In this document: positions 1 to 10,679 of the stretch, one piece after another
Position numbering within the stretch: the first letter of the stretch is position 1
Layout of the letters: each line of letters begins with the position of its first letter
Source: Candidatus Lustribacter sp.
Lineage (GTDB): Bacteria; Vulcanimicrobiota; Vulcanimicrobiia; Vulcanimicrobiales; Vulcanimicrobiaceae
Direction: 5' to 3'
NCBI GenBank assembly: GCA_965277805.1
Contig: OZ255842.1
Location: forward strand, 1,152,001-1,216,000
DNA length: 64,000 bases
Translations under genes and position numbers: made by a program
Notes under the pieces: model-generated
Databases searched by the model: none
What the model was told of the DNA's origin: nothing
The model's input: the letters and a program-made list of their open reading frames with translations, nothing else

Positions 1-798
1 GCCGGGGCCCCGCAGGGCTACTTCATCAACGCCAACAACGGCCAAATTGCGCCCGAGAAAGCGTTCGGCTACGATCTGGGCGTCGATACGCGACTGCGCC
101 CCTCGCTGCTGTTCTCGAGCGATCTGTACTTCACCAACGTGAACAACATGTTCTTGACCGAAACCTCGCAGCAAGGCACGTACACGTCGACTACCGGAAA
201 CTCGGCCGGCATCCCGCTGCCGCTCTACGTCACGCAAACGGGAAACCTCGGCAACGCGCGTTACGAGGGCATCGAGTTTCAGTTCAACGATGCGCCCGCG
301 GTGGGCTTCGGCTACAAGCTGCAAGGCTCGCTGCAGCGTGCGTTCGTGTACGATATCTCGCCGAGCTTCTACAGTACGACCGCGGGGCCGAACACGACGA
401 ACCTCGGCATCATTCCGAACATCAACTTTCAGGCGAGCGGCAACGGCTTCAACGCCGTGTCTCCGGGCCGGATTCCCTACAGCCAAGGCTACGCCGAGTT
501 GAACTATCGCACGCGTTCAGGCAGCCTCGCGCTGCTCGGCTGGACCTACAACGGCCCCAACAACGCGTACAACGAGCCGGCGTTCGGCATTTTCTCGGCG
601 TCGCTGCGTTTTGCGTTCTCGCGAAACAGCTATCTGCAATTCTCCGCCTATAACCTCACCAACGTGTACGGCGACCCGTACGACGCGCTGGTGGGCGGCG
701 TGCCCGTCGGTTTGATCAACGGCAAGTTCGGTGCCGTCGCCGGCAACAACGTGGGCCCGACGACGCTCCAAGCCACCTTTCACGAGACGTTCCGATGA
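1..798 (+). CDS. TonB-dependent receptor, C-terminal part (5' truncated by window edge)
   Basis: Frame open from base 1; [23 protein letters not shown] and YNLTNVY are typical TBDR barrel motifs; ends in a beta-strand-like TFHETFR. Confidence 0.8.
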   Translation, partial: AGAPQGYFINANNGQIAPEKAFGYDLGVDTRLRPSLLFSSDLYFTNVNNMFLTETSQQGTYTSTTGNSAGIPLPLYVTQTGNLGNARYEGIEFQFNDAPAVGFGYKLQGSLQRAFVYDISPSFYSTTAGPNTTNLGIIPNINFQASGNGFNAVSPGRIPYSQGYAELNYRTRSGSLALLGWTYNGPNNAYNEPAFGIFSASLRFAFSRNSYLQFSAYNLTNVYGDPYDALVGGVPVGLINGKFGAVAGNNVGPTTLQATFHETFR

Positions 799-2567
799 AG
801 ACGCGCCCGGTGCTCGGTCTGCGTAACCAGATCGTTGCGCTCGCCGTGGTGCCCCTGATCTTCCTGATCTTGAGCCTCGTGCTCGTCCTCGTGCTCGCGC
901 GGAACATCGAGCAATCCGCGATCCTCTCGCAACGCGTCGCGGAAATCATCAAACAGTCCGATACGCTCTCGCTCTCGATCGGCGAGATGAGCATGAGCCT
1001 CGGGCAGTACGCGCGCTCCTACAAGACCAAAGATCTCGCGCTCTACGATAAGGCCTATGCCGCGTTGCCGGCTGAAGAACAGCAGATGACAGCGCTCGTG
1101 CACGGCACGGCGCTCGAAAAGCCGGCGCAGCGCTACCTTAAAGCGATCGACGCGGTGGTGGCGCTCTTCGCGGTCACGCACGCGGACGTGCTCGCGCACC
1201 GCGAGGCCGAGGTGCGGCGCTTGATCGGCGCCGCGTCGACCAAGCGCGTCGCAAATGAACTCGAGGGCGCGAAGGGCGGGGTCAGTGCGGCGGCTGCATC
1301 GACCGTGCTGGTCGTGAATACGCTCGGCCGGCGCAGCATCGCGAATATCGAGCGGATGTTGCTGGTGACGACGTCGCTCGGCGTGCTCGCGACGATTCTG
1401 GGCGCGCTGTTCTTGGGACTGCGCACCGTGCGGCGGATCGGCATCCTAGCCGACAATGCGCGCCGGCTGAGTGCGGGCGAAGCGCCGGTGCCGCTGGGCG
1501 GCAACGACGAAGTGGCGGAACTGGGCGTCGTGTACCGGGCGATGTTCGAGCGCAGCGTTCGCGCGAAAGCCCGGTTGGAAGAAGCGGTTCGCGATTACGG
1601 CGCGCTTGCGGCGAGCATCGCCGCCGGCGACCTGACGGCGCGTGTCGAGGTCGTTGGCGACGGTGATGAGCTCGCGCAGCTCGGCGCCAACCTCAACCAC
1701 ATGGCCGGCTCGCTGGAACGGCTCGTCGAAGAAATTCGCGCAGCCGCCACGAGCTTGGCCTCGGCGACGAGCCAAATCCTCGCCGCCACGAGCCAGCAAG
1801 TGTCGTCGGCAACGGAAGAAGCTACTGCGGTTCGTCAGACCGCCGCGACGGTGCTCGAAGTGCGCCAGACTGCGGAGATGGCGGCGCGCAAAACGCGGCT
1901 CGTGGCCGAACTCGCGCAGCGCGTCGAGCAGACGGCGGAGAGCGGCCGCCAGTCGGTGGAAGAGAGCGTGCAGAGCAGCGAGGGCGCGCGCACGCGCATG
2001 GTGGCGCTCGCCGAACGCATTCTCGCGTTCAGCGAACAAGCCCAGATGATCGCCGAAATCAACGCTACCGTGGCGGAACTCGCCGGTCAATCGAACCTGC
2101 TCGCCGTCAACGCCGCGATCGAAGCGGCCAAAGCCGGCGAGGCCAGCAAGGGCTTCGCCATCGTCGCCTCCGAGGTTAAAGAACTCGGCGTGCGCAGCAA
2201 AGAGGCGACCGTTCAGGTGCGCCGCATCGTCACCGACATTCAGAAGTCCGCGCAAAGCGCGGTGATCGCTGCCGAACAAGGCGTGCGGGCTGCCGAATCC
2301 GGCACGACGATCGTGCAACGTTCGGGAACTGCAATGGAGACGCTTACCGCGAGCATCGCCGAGGCGTCCGAAGCCGCACAGCAGATCAATGCGTCGGCCG
2401 AACAGCAGCAAATCGGGATGGATCAAATCGCGCTCGCGATGCACAACATCGAGCAAGCCTCGACGCAGAGCGTGACGGCGACACAGCAAGTAGAGCGTGC
2501 CGCCGCCGATCTCAGCCTGTTAGCTCAGAAACTCTCCGCCACCATCCAAGGCGTACGAGTCAGCTAA
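795..2567 (+). CDS. Methyl-accepting chemotaxis-like protein (2 TM, HAMP, MA signalling domain)
   Basis: Two hydrophobic helices, HAMP motifs ([15 protein letters not shown]), hairpin tip [37 protein letters not shown] overlap with upstream stop. Confidence 0.9.
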   Translation: MKTRPVLGLRNQIVALAVVPLIFLILSLVLVLVLARNIEQSAILSQRVAEIIKQSDTLSLSIGEMSMSLGQYARSYKTKDLALYDKAYAALPAEEQQMTALVHGTALEKPAQRYLKAIDAVVALFAVTHADVLAHREAEVRRLIGAASTKRVANELEGAKGGVSAAAASTVLVVNTLGRRSIANIERMLLVTTSLGVLATILGALFLGLRTVRRIGILADNARRLSAGEAPVPLGGNDEVAELGVVYRAMFERSVRAKARLEEAVRDYGALAASIAAGDLTARVEVVGDGDELAQLGANLNHMAGSLERLVEEIRAAATSLASATSQILAATSQQVSSATEEATAVRQTAATVLEVRQTAEMAARKTRLVAELAQRVEQTAESGRQSVEESVQSSEGARTRMVALAERILAFSEQAQMIAEINATVAELAGQSNLLAVNAAIEAAKAGEASKGFAIVASEVKELGVRSKEATVQVRRIVTDIQKSAQSAVIAAEQGVRAAESGTTIVQRSGTAMETLTASIAEASEAAQQINASAEQQQIGMDQIALAMHNIEQASTQSVTATQQVERAAADLSLLAQKLSATIQGVRVS

Positions 2568-2941
2568 GTCGACCAATAGTACGGTGACTGATAGTAGTCG
2601 TTCAGCTGCCGTTCGTTGTCACGGCTGAACGAATCATCGTCGTCGTCGAACCCGAAGTCCGGTGAATTCTTCAGCTGAGCTTCGGTGATGTCCGTGACAT
2701 AGCCGCCGACACTCGTGTCGTAACTCAGCTTGTTCCACGGGATCGTATACTCATTACCGCCGAGTCCGAGAAAGCCGCCGAACGACGCGACGGTGTACAC
2801 GACGCGTCCGCTGACCTTGTCGAGCACGAGGCGCTTGATGGATCCGATATGTTTCCCCGACGGATCGTAGACATCGGTGCCTTCGACGCGCTTGCTGTCG
2901 ATAAGCGAGGTGCTGTCTGTCTGGTTCGATGTACTGCGCAT
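2564..2941 (-). CDS. PRC-barrel domain protein
   Basis: [23 protein letters not shown]...SFGGFLGLG...IPW; GGAGG RBS upstream of ATG at 2941. Confidence 0.9.
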   Translation of the reverse strand: MRSTSNQTDSTSLIDSKRVEGTDVYDPSGKHIGSIKRLVLDKVSGRVVYTVASFGGFLGLGGNEYTIPWNKLSYDTSVGGYVTDITEAQLKNSPDFGFDDDDDSFSRDNERQLNDYYQSPYYWST

Positions 2942-3014
2942 GTGGTTGCCTCCGTGAAGCCACTTGTACCGCAGCGCACAAAAGGAAAACCAGCTAGCAC
3001 TATATCCAGGCAAG

Positions 3015-3434
3015 CTAACTCGCGGGAACGGGCGTAGACGTATCCATGCGCGCCGGGCCCGCAGGCCGTTCGGTGATCCAGCCGCGCGAGATGTCGAGCT
3101 TCGTCCCCAGCAGCGGATCCGTGACGAACGTTTCGGCTTGCCGTCCATCGCGCGGCAACGCATAGCTGGGCGGTAGCGCGCCGGCCGCGAGCGCCTTGTC
3201 CATCGCCTCTTCCACGTCGTCGACGGCAAAGCCGAAGTGGTGCACGCCGAGCGGCTGTTTGATGGGCAGAAGCGCGAGATTAATGTAGCCGTCGGTCAGG
3301 AAGATCGACCACTGACCCTGCGTGTCGTTATTTTTGTTCCGGAACACTTCTTTGAGCCCGAAAGCAGCCGTATAGAACGCGGCGCTCTTCTCGGAATCCT
3401 CGACGACGATCGCAATATGACGGATACGTGCCAT
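3015..3434 (-). CDS. VOC/glyoxalase family protein
   Basis: IRHIAIVV...FY..AFGL; HHFGFAVDD; FVTDP. Confidence 0.85.
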   Translation of the reverse strand: MARIRHIAIVVEDSEKSAAFYTAAFGLKEVFRNKNNDTQGQWSIFLTDGYINLALLPIKQPLGVHHFGFAVDDVEEAMDKALAAGALPPSYALPRDGRQAETFVTDPLLGTKLDISRGWITERPAGPARMDTSTPVPAS

Positions 3435-3589
3435 GCAGCCATTCTAGCAGCCTAGCCCTTGACACGCAATGTCGCCCGGCCGGTCCTCGTTCACTACTCA
3501 TGGTTCACTTTTTGCGATGTCGGGTATCCTAGCAGGCGACCGCCGCGGCGGTGAACATCATCTTGCAATTATTCAGACTGGAGACGATC

Positions 3590-4687
3590 GTGCGACGATC
3601 AACAACCCTCACAAAATTCTTGGTGGCGTTTCTCGCAGTCGCAATGCTCTTCACCGCGATCTCGATGCCGAAACCGGCAGCAGCGCAGTCCATCGGCATT
3701 ACGGTCAGCTTCGGGCCGCCGCCGATCCCGTACTACGTGCAGCCGCCGGCGCCGGATCCGAATTACATCTGGTCGCCCGGTTATTGGGCGTACGACCCCT
3801 CTGACGGCTATTACTGGGTTCCCGGCACCTGGGTCCCGGCGCCGCAATACGGCCTTTATTGGACGCCCGGATATTGGGCCTGGAATGGCGTCGCGTTTGT
3901 CTTTTCATCGGGTTATTGGGCACCGGAAGTCGGCTGGTACGGCGGTGTCGACTACGGCTACGGCTACTACGGCAACGGTTACTCCGGCGGCAGATGGCGC
4001 GGCCATCAGTTCGCCTACAACACGGCGATCAGCAACGTCAACCGCAACGTGGTGCGCAACGTCTATAGCGATCCGCGCGCGGCGCAACACACGTGGAATC
4101 GCGTGAGCTACAACGGCGGCCGCGGCGGCGTCTCCGCGCGCCCGAACGCAAACCAGCTCGCGGTCCGGAACCACCGCGTGACCGGTCCGACCAGCGTGCA
4201 AATGCAGCACGCGCGGATCGCTGCAACTGCGCGCGGCAACCTCTCGAAGGTTAACCACGGACGGCCGGCAACGGCCGCCATGGCCCGCCCGTACTCGCGA
4301 CCAGTGACGGCGGCGCGCCGCCCGAATACGGCCGCGCGTCCGGTAGCACAGCATCGCGCTGCCGCTCCGCAACACGCCACCGCAATGCAAGTGCATCACG
4401 CCGCTCCGGCGCAGCATGCCGCAATGGTGCAGCAACACCACGCTGCCCCCATGCAACACGCGGCCGTACCGCAAAAACATCGCGCAGCGCCGGTCCAACA
4501 CGCGTACGTACCGCAGCAGCACGCTGCTCCGGTGCAACACGCGGCACCGGCCCAGCACGCATTTGCGCCGCAGATGCAACGCCCGGCCCCGCAAATGCAG
4601 CACGCCGCTCCGCAAATGCAGCACGCCGCTCCGGCCGCGCGCCCCGCAGGCCCAGGCGGAGGCCCGGACGAGCACCACCACGGTTAA
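3590..4687 (+). CDS. Secreted YXWGXW-repeat protein with low-complexity QHAAP tail
   Basis: Signal-peptide-like N-terminus; repeats YIWSPGYW, YYWVPGTW, LYWTPGYW; GGAGA before GTG at 3590. Confidence 0.8.
   Translation: MRRSTTLTKFLVAFLAVAMLFTAISMPKPAAAQSIGITVSFGPPPIPYYVQPPAPDPNYIWSPGYWAYDPSDGYYWVPGTWVPAPQYGLYWTPGYWAWNGVAFVFSSGYWAPEVGWYGGVDYGYGYYGNGYSGGRWRGHQFAYNTAISNVNRNVVRNVYSDPRAAQHTWNRVSYNGGRGGVSARPNANQLAVRNHRVTGPTSVQMQHARIAATARGNLSKVNHGRPATAAMARPYSRPVTAARRPNTAARPVAQHRAAAPQHATAMQVHHAAPAQHAAMVQQHHAAPMQHAAVPQKHRAAPVQHAYVPQQHAAPVQHAAPAQHAFAPQMQRPAPQMQHAAPQMQHAAPAARPAGPGGGPDEHHHG
4589..4630 (+). repeat. Exact 21-bp tandem repeat (2 copies) inside the YXWGXW gene
   Basis: ccgcaaatgcagcacgccgct x2, encoding PQMQHAA. 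Confidence 0.9.
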
Positions 4688-4705
4688 ATGACCGCCCGGG
4701 GGCCG

Positions 4706-5647
4706 TTACACTCCGGGCGCTCGCAGTTCTGCGGCGGCGAACGGTTTTGGGATGAAGCCGTATTTGGCCATGACGTCGATCACTGGCTGGATGAGGCCGG
4801 GGTCGTATTTTGTTGCGTAGGGGATGCGGGGGTATGAGTTGATCGCGGCCGCATCGACTTTGGTGAGTTGCGAGAGCAGCGCGACTTCTTCGCCCGCATT
4901 CTTGTTCGCCCAATCTCCGGTGTGCAGAATCACTTGCACCAGGCGGCGAGCTAGATCGGGATTCGCATCGACCCAGGCCTTGTTGCCGATGAGCCCGGCG
5001 GTTTGAAATGACTTGCCGTTGTTCAGCGCCTCATACGGCAGCCCGATAACCTTCACCGTATCCTTCGTTGCGGTGTATGCGGGTTCGACCATGATCGCGG
5101 CGTCGATTCGCCCGGCCTGGATCGCTGCGCCCATCTCGCCGGTCTTGATTTCGAACCACTTCGCCGAATGCGAGTCGCCGCCGTGTTTGTCGATCCACAG
5201 CATGGCGCTCGCCTGCACCATGTCGTTGAGCGTCGAGACGCCGATCGTCTTGCCGTTCAGGGCCGCAGCATCCGCGATCGGCGACGTCTTGCCGACGACG
5301 ACGTGCGCGATCGGCGACGCCTGACTGTAGATCCCGCCCGGGCAGAGCCAATACACCGGCAGCCCGCGCACGTGCGCTGACGACATCGAGCCGCTATTCG
5401 TCACACCCGCATCGATCGCGCCGCCGACGACCGCTTGCGTCGTCAAGCCGCCGCCGGGAATGATCGTCAGCTCGACGTTCAGTCCCGCATCGCGGAAGAA
5501 CCCCTTTTGCGCCGCGAAAAACGGCTGCGCGAATTCTTCGACCGCGCCGGCGCTCACTCGAATGGTGGGACCCGTCGCAGAGCGCGCAGCACGCGGGCCG
5601 AGCGCGATGCTGGTTGCGGCAGCGGCAACAAAGTGCGAGCGATTCAT
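4706..5647 (-). CDS. ABC substrate-binding protein, NMT1/SsuA/TauA family
   Basis: MNRSHFVAAAA leader; GFFRDAGLNVEL, LNGKTIGV, GRIDAAIMVEP. Confidence 0.85.
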   Translation of the reverse strand: MNRSHFVAAAATSIALGPRAARSATGPTIRVSAGAVEEFAQPFFAAQKGFFRDAGLNVELTIIPGGGLTTQAVVGGAIDAGVTNSGSMSSAHVRGLPVYWLCPGGIYSQASPIAHVVVGKTSPIADAAALNGKTIGVSTLNDMVQASAMLWIDKHGGDSHSAKWFEIKTGEMGAAIQAGRIDAAIMVEPAYTATKDTVKVIGLPYEALNNGKSFQTAGLIGNKAWVDANPDLARRLVQVILHTGDWANKNAGEEVALLSQLTKVDAAAINSYPRIPYATKYDPGLIQPVIDVMAKYGFIPKPFAAAELRAPGV

Positions 5648-5664
5648 CGTGAGCCCTCCGGGAT

Positions 5665-6600
5665 CTAGATCGTGACCATCACTTGGGTAGCCGGCACGCG
5701 GCTCGGCAGAAGATGATAGCGGGCCGCGATGTCGAGCACGGGCTGGTACAAGCGCGCTTCGAGCGTGGTCGCGAACGTATTGCGTGCCATCGTGCCGAGC
5801 AGCTCGGGGTCGATTTTCATCCAGCGCGCTTCGATGGCGGCGCTTTCGGGGTGATGCGCGTTCGTCCAGCGCGCGGCGGCATAGAGGGCGCCGGTCAAGC
5901 GGCGCGCCGTATCGCGATTGGCTGCGAGCCACGGCCGTGTCGCGAAGTACGTGTTGATATAGAACGTCTTCGCGATCGCCTCGAACGGCGCGCCCAGGAC
6001 ATAGAGGTCGCTCTTGGCGGCGCTTAGGTACGGCTCGCCGAGAAACGCCGCCGCGACGAGCCCGCGGCTCAGGGCCGGCATCATCTGCGCGAGCGGCATC
6101 TCGTAGAGCTTCACCTGGGCGATGTCGGCGCCGTGCGTGCGCAGCCATTCCGTCGTGGCGACCGAACTCTGCGACTGCAGCTGCACGACGGCGACGGTCT
6201 GGCCGTTGAGGTCCTTGGCCGTGCGAACCGAACCGTTCTTGAGGCTCACGAGCGTGAGCGTCGGCGCATCGATCGTGAAGAGCGCGCCGCCCGCGAAGCC
6301 GGCAATCGGAATGCCGCGGATCGCCGCGTTGCCGAGCTGGATGTCATCGCAGATCCCGACATCGAGCGCGCCGGCAATGACGCCCGACATCACGAGGCCG
6401 CCGTTGCCGAGCGTCTGCACGTCGACATCGAGGCCGGCGTCGCGAAACATGCCCATTTCGGAAGCGCACTCGACGGCGAGTTGCGCATCGCTGCGCGTCA
6501 GTCCGAAGCGCACCGGCGTCAACTGCGCGCCGGCCGCACGCGGGCCCAGCGCGAGCGCGCCCGCGACGGCTGCCAGGGCTCTGCGCCGCGTAACGATCAA
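5665..6600 (-). CDS. ABC substrate-binding protein, NMT1/SsuA family
   Basis: Tat-like TRRRAL leader; GMFRDAGLDV, KDLNGQTVAV, FLGEPY. Confidence 0.85.
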   Translation of the reverse strand: MIVTRRRALAAVAGALALGPRAAGAQLTPVRFGLTRSDAQLAVECASEMGMFRDAGLDVDVQTLGNGGLVMSGVIAGALDVGICDDIQLGNAAIRGIPIAGFAGGALFTIDAPTLTLVSLKNGSVRTAKDLNGQTVAVVQLQSQSSVATTEWLRTHGADIAQVKLYEMPLAQMMPALSRGLVAAAFLGEPYLSAAKSDLYVLGAPFEAIAKTFYINTYFATRPWLAANRDTARRLTGALYAAARWTNAHHPESAAIEARWMKIDPELLGTMARNTFATTLEARLYQPVLDIAARYHLLPSRVPATQVMVTI

Positions 6601-7616
6601 ACCTGATCCCAGTACGCGAACGCGACGCCGATCGGCGAGGCGTAGATCGGCACGTAATCCACCACCGTGCCCGGCAGGCCGTCGGCCACCGCGGCGGCCG
6701 TGATCCAGTTGCGTACTTCGCCCGAGCCGTGCCCGATGCCGAGCACCATCCCGCTGCCGTTGCTCGCATAGCGCACCGAGCCGGGATCGGCGAAGTCGAC
6801 GGGCTGCGCGTAGCCGTCGAGCACCGCGGCCATCGCGCGCGCGTCGCCGGTGCGCACGCCCTCGAGAATGCCGCCGTCGAACGTTTCATCCAAAATCGGT
6901 TCAGGCGCGCGGAGCATGTGCCACAAGCCGCCCGATCCGACGACCGCGACGCTGAGGTCGAGCGGAATCGCTTCGATCGCATCGCGCAGCGCGCGGCCGA
7001 GTTCGTAGCAGCGCTTCCCGCGCGGCGCCGGACCGTAGCAGCAGTTCACCAGAAACGGAATCACTGGGATGTCGTAGGCCGGCGTGAGCACGGTCGCGGC
7101 GCGCATGATCGCGTGGCCCATGCCTTCTTCGGGATCGTTCATCTCGAGCGAGTACGAAACGTCGAAGCCGCGATCCATCAAGCCGACGGTTATCGCCTTT
7201 GCGAGTTCGGGATGGCCGTTGACAGTGGTCCAGTTTTCACCGTTTTTGACCCGCGCTTCGCGCTTCTTACCGTGCTTTGGCATGCCGAGATAGTGCGAGA
7301 TCTTCCAGCCTTCGAATTGCGCACCGACGAACACGTTGAACGCCGGCAAATTCTTGAAGTCGAACTGCTCGGTTTGATCGTCGCCGAAGATGATCAGGAC
7401 GTCGGGCCGTTTTGCGGCCACGTGGTTGCGCAGCACGTCGAACGCGCGCATGCAGCGCGCGTGTTTCTCCGCGGTTACCTCGGGCGAGTCGGTTGGAACC
7501 CGGGGCTTTTGCTTGCCGTCGGCGTAGCGTTCGGCGCCCTGGCTTACCCAGTCGTCGGGGCCGGCAAAAAGCCACGGGCTATGCGAGGTGCAGACGACGG
7601 TGGAGATACGGGCCAT
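6597..7616 (-). CDS. Class III extradiol ring-cleavage dioxygenase (LigB-like)
   Basis: TSHSP, PDVLIIFGDDQ, MGHA, VGSGGLWH motifs. Confidence 0.8.
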   Translation of the reverse strand: MARISTVVCTSHSPWLFAGPDDWVSQGAERYADGKQKPRVPTDSPEVTAEKHARCMRAFDVLRNHVAAKRPDVLIIFGDDQTEQFDFKNLPAFNVFVGAQFEGWKISHYLGMPKHGKKREARVKNGENWTTVNGHPELAKAITVGLMDRGFDVSYSLEMNDPEEGMGHAIMRAATVLTPAYDIPVIPFLVNCCYGPAPRGKRCYELGRALRDAIEAIPLDLSVAVVGSGGLWHMLRAPEPILDETFDGGILEGVRTGDARAMAAVLDGYAQPVDFADPGSVRYASNGSGMVLGIGHGSGEVRNWITAAAVADGLPGTVVDYVPIYASPIGVAFAYWDQV

Positions 7617-7655
7617 CGTGAGGCGCTTTCAATGCAGGAACATTGTTGCCCCGCT

Positions 7656-7681
7656 AATACGATACAGTAAGTGTCTGTATT
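7656..7681. promoter_or_regulatory. Possible TetR operator (imperfect inverted repeat) between divergent genes
   Basis: aatacgataca-gtaag-tgtctgtatt, AT-rich, overlapping the TetR start. Confidence 0.35.
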
Positions 7682-8279
7682 GAAATCGCTGCCGGCCGGC
7701 TCCCCGGTTCCCGCTAAGGCGGGCCGTCCGCTGAGCGTCGAGACCGGGCAGGCGATCGTCGCTGCCAGTGAGGCGTTGCTCGTCGAAGCCGGCTATAGCG
7801 GCCTGAGCATCGAGCGGGTGGCCCAGCGCGCGGGCGTAACGCGCCAGACGATCTACCGGCGCTGGACCACGAAGATCGACCTCGTTGCGGCCGTGCTGGC
7901 CCAGCGCGACGAAAGCGAACCCGAGGGCATTCCCGATACGGGTTCGGTTCGCGACGATCTGGCGATCCTCGCCCACCGCTTCGCGATCCGCCAACGTCCC
8001 GGACCGCCGTTCTTGCACTCCCTCGTCGTCGAGGCGCAGTACGACGAGAAGCTGGCGGAAGTGGTCGATGCGTATCTTGGATCGCGCCGCGACCAGGCGG
8101 AGACCGTCATCTGCCGCGCGCGCGACCGCGGTGAACTGCGCGCCGATATCGACGTTGAAGCGCTGGCCGATCTGTTTTACGGCTTCGCTTGGTATCGCCG
8201 TTTGATCAAACGCGTCGCGATCGACGATGCCGACTACGCACGCGTGATCGACGCGCTGCTGCAATCTTCTTGGAGGTAA
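7671..8279 (+). CDS. TetR/AcrR family transcriptional regulator
   Basis: GRP...SIERVAQRAGVTRQTIYRRW HTH; PDTGSVRDDL. Confidence 0.9.
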   Translation: MSVLKSLPAGSPVPAKAGRPLSVETGQAIVAASEALLVEAGYSGLSIERVAQRAGVTRQTIYRRWTTKIDLVAAVLAQRDESEPEGIPDTGSVRDDLAILAHRFAIRQRPGPPFLHSLVVEAQYDEKLAEVVDAYLGSRRDQAETVICRARDRGELRADIDVEALADLFYGFAWYRRLIKRVAIDDADYARVIDALLQSSWR

Positions 8280-8280
8280 C

Positions 8281-9402
8281 ATGTTCCGCGATCAGCTGGT
8301 CATCGACGTTCACGGGCACCTTTCATCGCCGCCGCACGTGCGCGCCTACGCCTACAACCTGATCGCGCTGCGGAATCGGCCGAGCAAATTCGACCTGACG
8401 GACGAGCAGGTGAAGCCCGCCATGGATCGCCATCTGCGGATGCTCGATTCGCACGATATCGACGTGCAGCTGCTCTCGCCGCGGCCGGTCGCGATGATGC
8501 ACTGGGAGCGCCCGTTTTTGGTCGAACCGTGGACGCGCACCGTCAACGATTTGATCGCGCAGCAGATGCGCATCGCGCCGAATCGTTTTGCCGGCGTCGC
8601 CGGGCTGCCGCAAAATTCCGAGCTCGACACGTCGAACTGCATTGCCGAACTCGAGCGCGCGGTCAACGAGCTCGGTTTCGTCGGCGCGATCGTCAACCCC
8701 GATCCGGCCGGCGACGGCAAGACGCCGGGCATGGACAAGCCGTATTGGTTCCCGCTCTACGCGAAGGCCGAGGAACTCAACGCCACGCTGGTCGTTCATC
8801 CATGCGGCAGCCGCGATCCGCGGCTCGAATCGGTCGCGCGCTCCTATCAGTTCAGCAACCTCGTCGAAGAAACGCTCGCCACGCAGTTGCTCGAACAGAA
8901 CGACGTGTTCACACGGTTTCCGAAGCTGCGCGTAGTCGTGTGCCATTGCGGTGGCGCCCTCAACCGGCTGCTCAGCACGAACAAGCCCGTGGACTACGTG
9001 GCCTATGCGCGCGGTGAAGACAACCTCGTGCGCGACAGCGGGGAGAAATCGGGCGGACAGGTCGGCATTCCGGTCACGTGGAGCTACGCCGGCAACACCA
9101 AGCCCGTTGCCTCCAGCCTGGTCGACAACCTGTTCTTCGATAGCTGCGCGTACGATCCGTACTTCGTGCAGACGGCGATTCGCCAGCGCGGCGTCGACCG
9201 GATTTTGCTCGGTACCGAAGCGCCGGGCGCGGGCACACATCAAATCAACCCGCAGACGAACGCGCCGGCCGACGACCTCGTGAAGATGATCGACGGGTTC
9301 GACTTCCTTACCGATGACGACAAACTCGCGATCTTCAACAAGAACGCGTTGCGCGCGTTCCCGCGGCTGAAACTGCCCGCGGCGACACCGGCCGGAACGT
9401 AA
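8281..9402 (+). CDS. Amidohydrolase_2 family protein, 4-oxalomesaconate hydratase (LigJ)-like
   Basis: VIDVHGH, DVQLLSPR, ELERAVNELGFVG..VNPDP, CHCGG, LFFDSC, LLGTE. Confidence 0.75.
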   Translation: MFRDQLVIDVHGHLSSPPHVRAYAYNLIALRNRPSKFDLTDEQVKPAMDRHLRMLDSHDIDVQLLSPRPVAMMHWERPFLVEPWTRTVNDLIAQQMRIAPNRFAGVAGLPQNSELDTSNCIAELERAVNELGFVGAIVNPDPAGDGKTPGMDKPYWFPLYAKAEELNATLVVHPCGSRDPRLESVARSYQFSNLVEETLATQLLEQNDVFTRFPKLRVVVCHCGGALNRLLSTNKPVDYVAYARGEDNLVRDSGEKSGGQVGIPVTWSYAGNTKPVASSLVDNLFFDSCAYDPYFVQTAIRQRGVDRILLGTEAPGAGTHQINPQTNAPADDLVKMIDGFDFLTDDDKLAIFNKNALRAFPRLKLPAATPAGT

Positions 9403-9404
9403 CG

Positions 9405-10679
9405 ATGCTGACCGCCGAGCAGAACGAACTCGTCACGCGCACCGGCCCCGGCACGCCGGGCGGCGCGATGATGCGCAGCTACTGGCAGCCCGTCGCGCTC
9501 TCCGAAGAACTACCGGGTCCCGGCGATCCGATCCCGGTGCGCATTCTCTCCGAAGATCTCGTGCTGTTTCGCGATGAAACGGGCGCGCCCGCGCTGATGG
9601 GCTTGCGCTGTCCGCACCGGCAGACCGACCTGAGTTACGGCCGCGTCGAGGACGGCGGTTTGCGCTGCGTTTATCACGGCTGGCTGTTTGCCAAAGACGG
9701 ACGCTGTCTCGAACAGCCCGGTGAGCCCGCCGACAGCACCTACGCGAGCCGCGTGCGGCACACGGCGTATCCGTGCATCGAAGCGGGCGGCGTGATCCTC
9801 ACCTATATGGGCACGGGCGAGCCGCCGCCGCTGCCGGGCCTGCCGTTTTTGCTGGCGCCCGCCGAGCATTCGTACGCGACGAAGGTCCTGCACGAGTGCA
9901 ACTACCTGCAGGGGAACGAAGGCAACATCGACCCGCAGCACGTGTCGTTTCTGCACCGTCTCAAGGTTCCGCGGCGCACCAACGACCGCGCCGTGAACGT
10001 GATCTACAACGACGTTGCGCCCACGATCACGATCGAGGAATCGCCCTTCGGCTTTCGCACCTACGCCCGCCGTCACGCTAGCGCGGGGACCGACATGGTG
10101 CGCGTGACGAACTTCATCATGCCCAACCTCTCCGCGTTCGTCGGCACGCCGCGCATCGATCCCAAGGTCCAGCCGCGCGACGAGAACGACGGCTACCAGC
10201 ACCATTGGCACGTGCCGATCGACGATACGCACCACTGGAAGTACGTGATCGTGCACCGTTATGCCGGGCCGATCGACCGCGCCTACGTGGCGGGTGAATG
10301 CGACACGCGGGGCGACGAGCGCTACGTCCCGCAACGCAACGCCGCGAATCGCTACGGACAAGACCGCGAGGAGTTACGGCGCGGCGATACGTTCATCGGG
10401 ATGGGAACGCGCTTTCAGGACCACGACAAGTTTGCGACCGAGAGCCAGGGCGCGATCTGCGACCGTTCGCTCGAACACCTCGCCACGACCGACCGCGGGG
10501 TGATCACGATGCGCCGCCAGCTGCTCGAAGCGATCGACGCCGTTCAGGCCGGAAAGGATCCGCTGATGATCGATCGCCCCGACGGCGTCGATCCGTTGGC
10601 CGAGATGGTCGTGCGGGCGGCATACGTTCCGAAAGACAGCGAAACGCTCGGCTTCTGGCGCAGCGTGGCGGCCGTATGA
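9405..10679 (+). CDS. Rieske aromatic oxygenase, phthalate 4,5-dioxygenase-like
   Basis: MLTAEQNELVTRTGPGTP; CPHR...CVYHGW; EGNIDPQHVSFLH; FQDHDKFATESQG. Confidence 0.85.
   Translation: MLTAEQNELVTRTGPGTPGGAMMRSYWQPVALSEELPGPGDPIPVRILSEDLVLFRDETGAPALMGLRCPHRQTDLSYGRVEDGGLRCVYHGWLFAKDGRCLEQPGEPADSTYASRVRHTAYPCIEAGGVILTYMGTGEPPPLPGLPFLLAPAEHSYATKVLHECNYLQGNEGNIDPQHVSFLHRLKVPRRTNDRAVNVIYNDVAPTITIEESPFGFRTYARRHASAGTDMVRVTNFIMPNLSAFVGTPRIDPKVQPRDENDGYQHHWHVPIDDTHHWKYVIVHRYAGPIDRAYVAGECDTRGDERYVPQRNAANRYGQDREELRRGDTFIGMGTRFQDHDKFATESQGAICDRSLEHLATTDRGVITMRRQLLEAIDAVQAGKDPLMIDRPDGVDPLAEMVVRAAYVPKDSETLGFWRSVAAV

Noticed and set aside
3459-3500. TTGACA upstream of the YXWGXW gene as a promoter
   Set aside because: No matching -10 element at a suitable spacing
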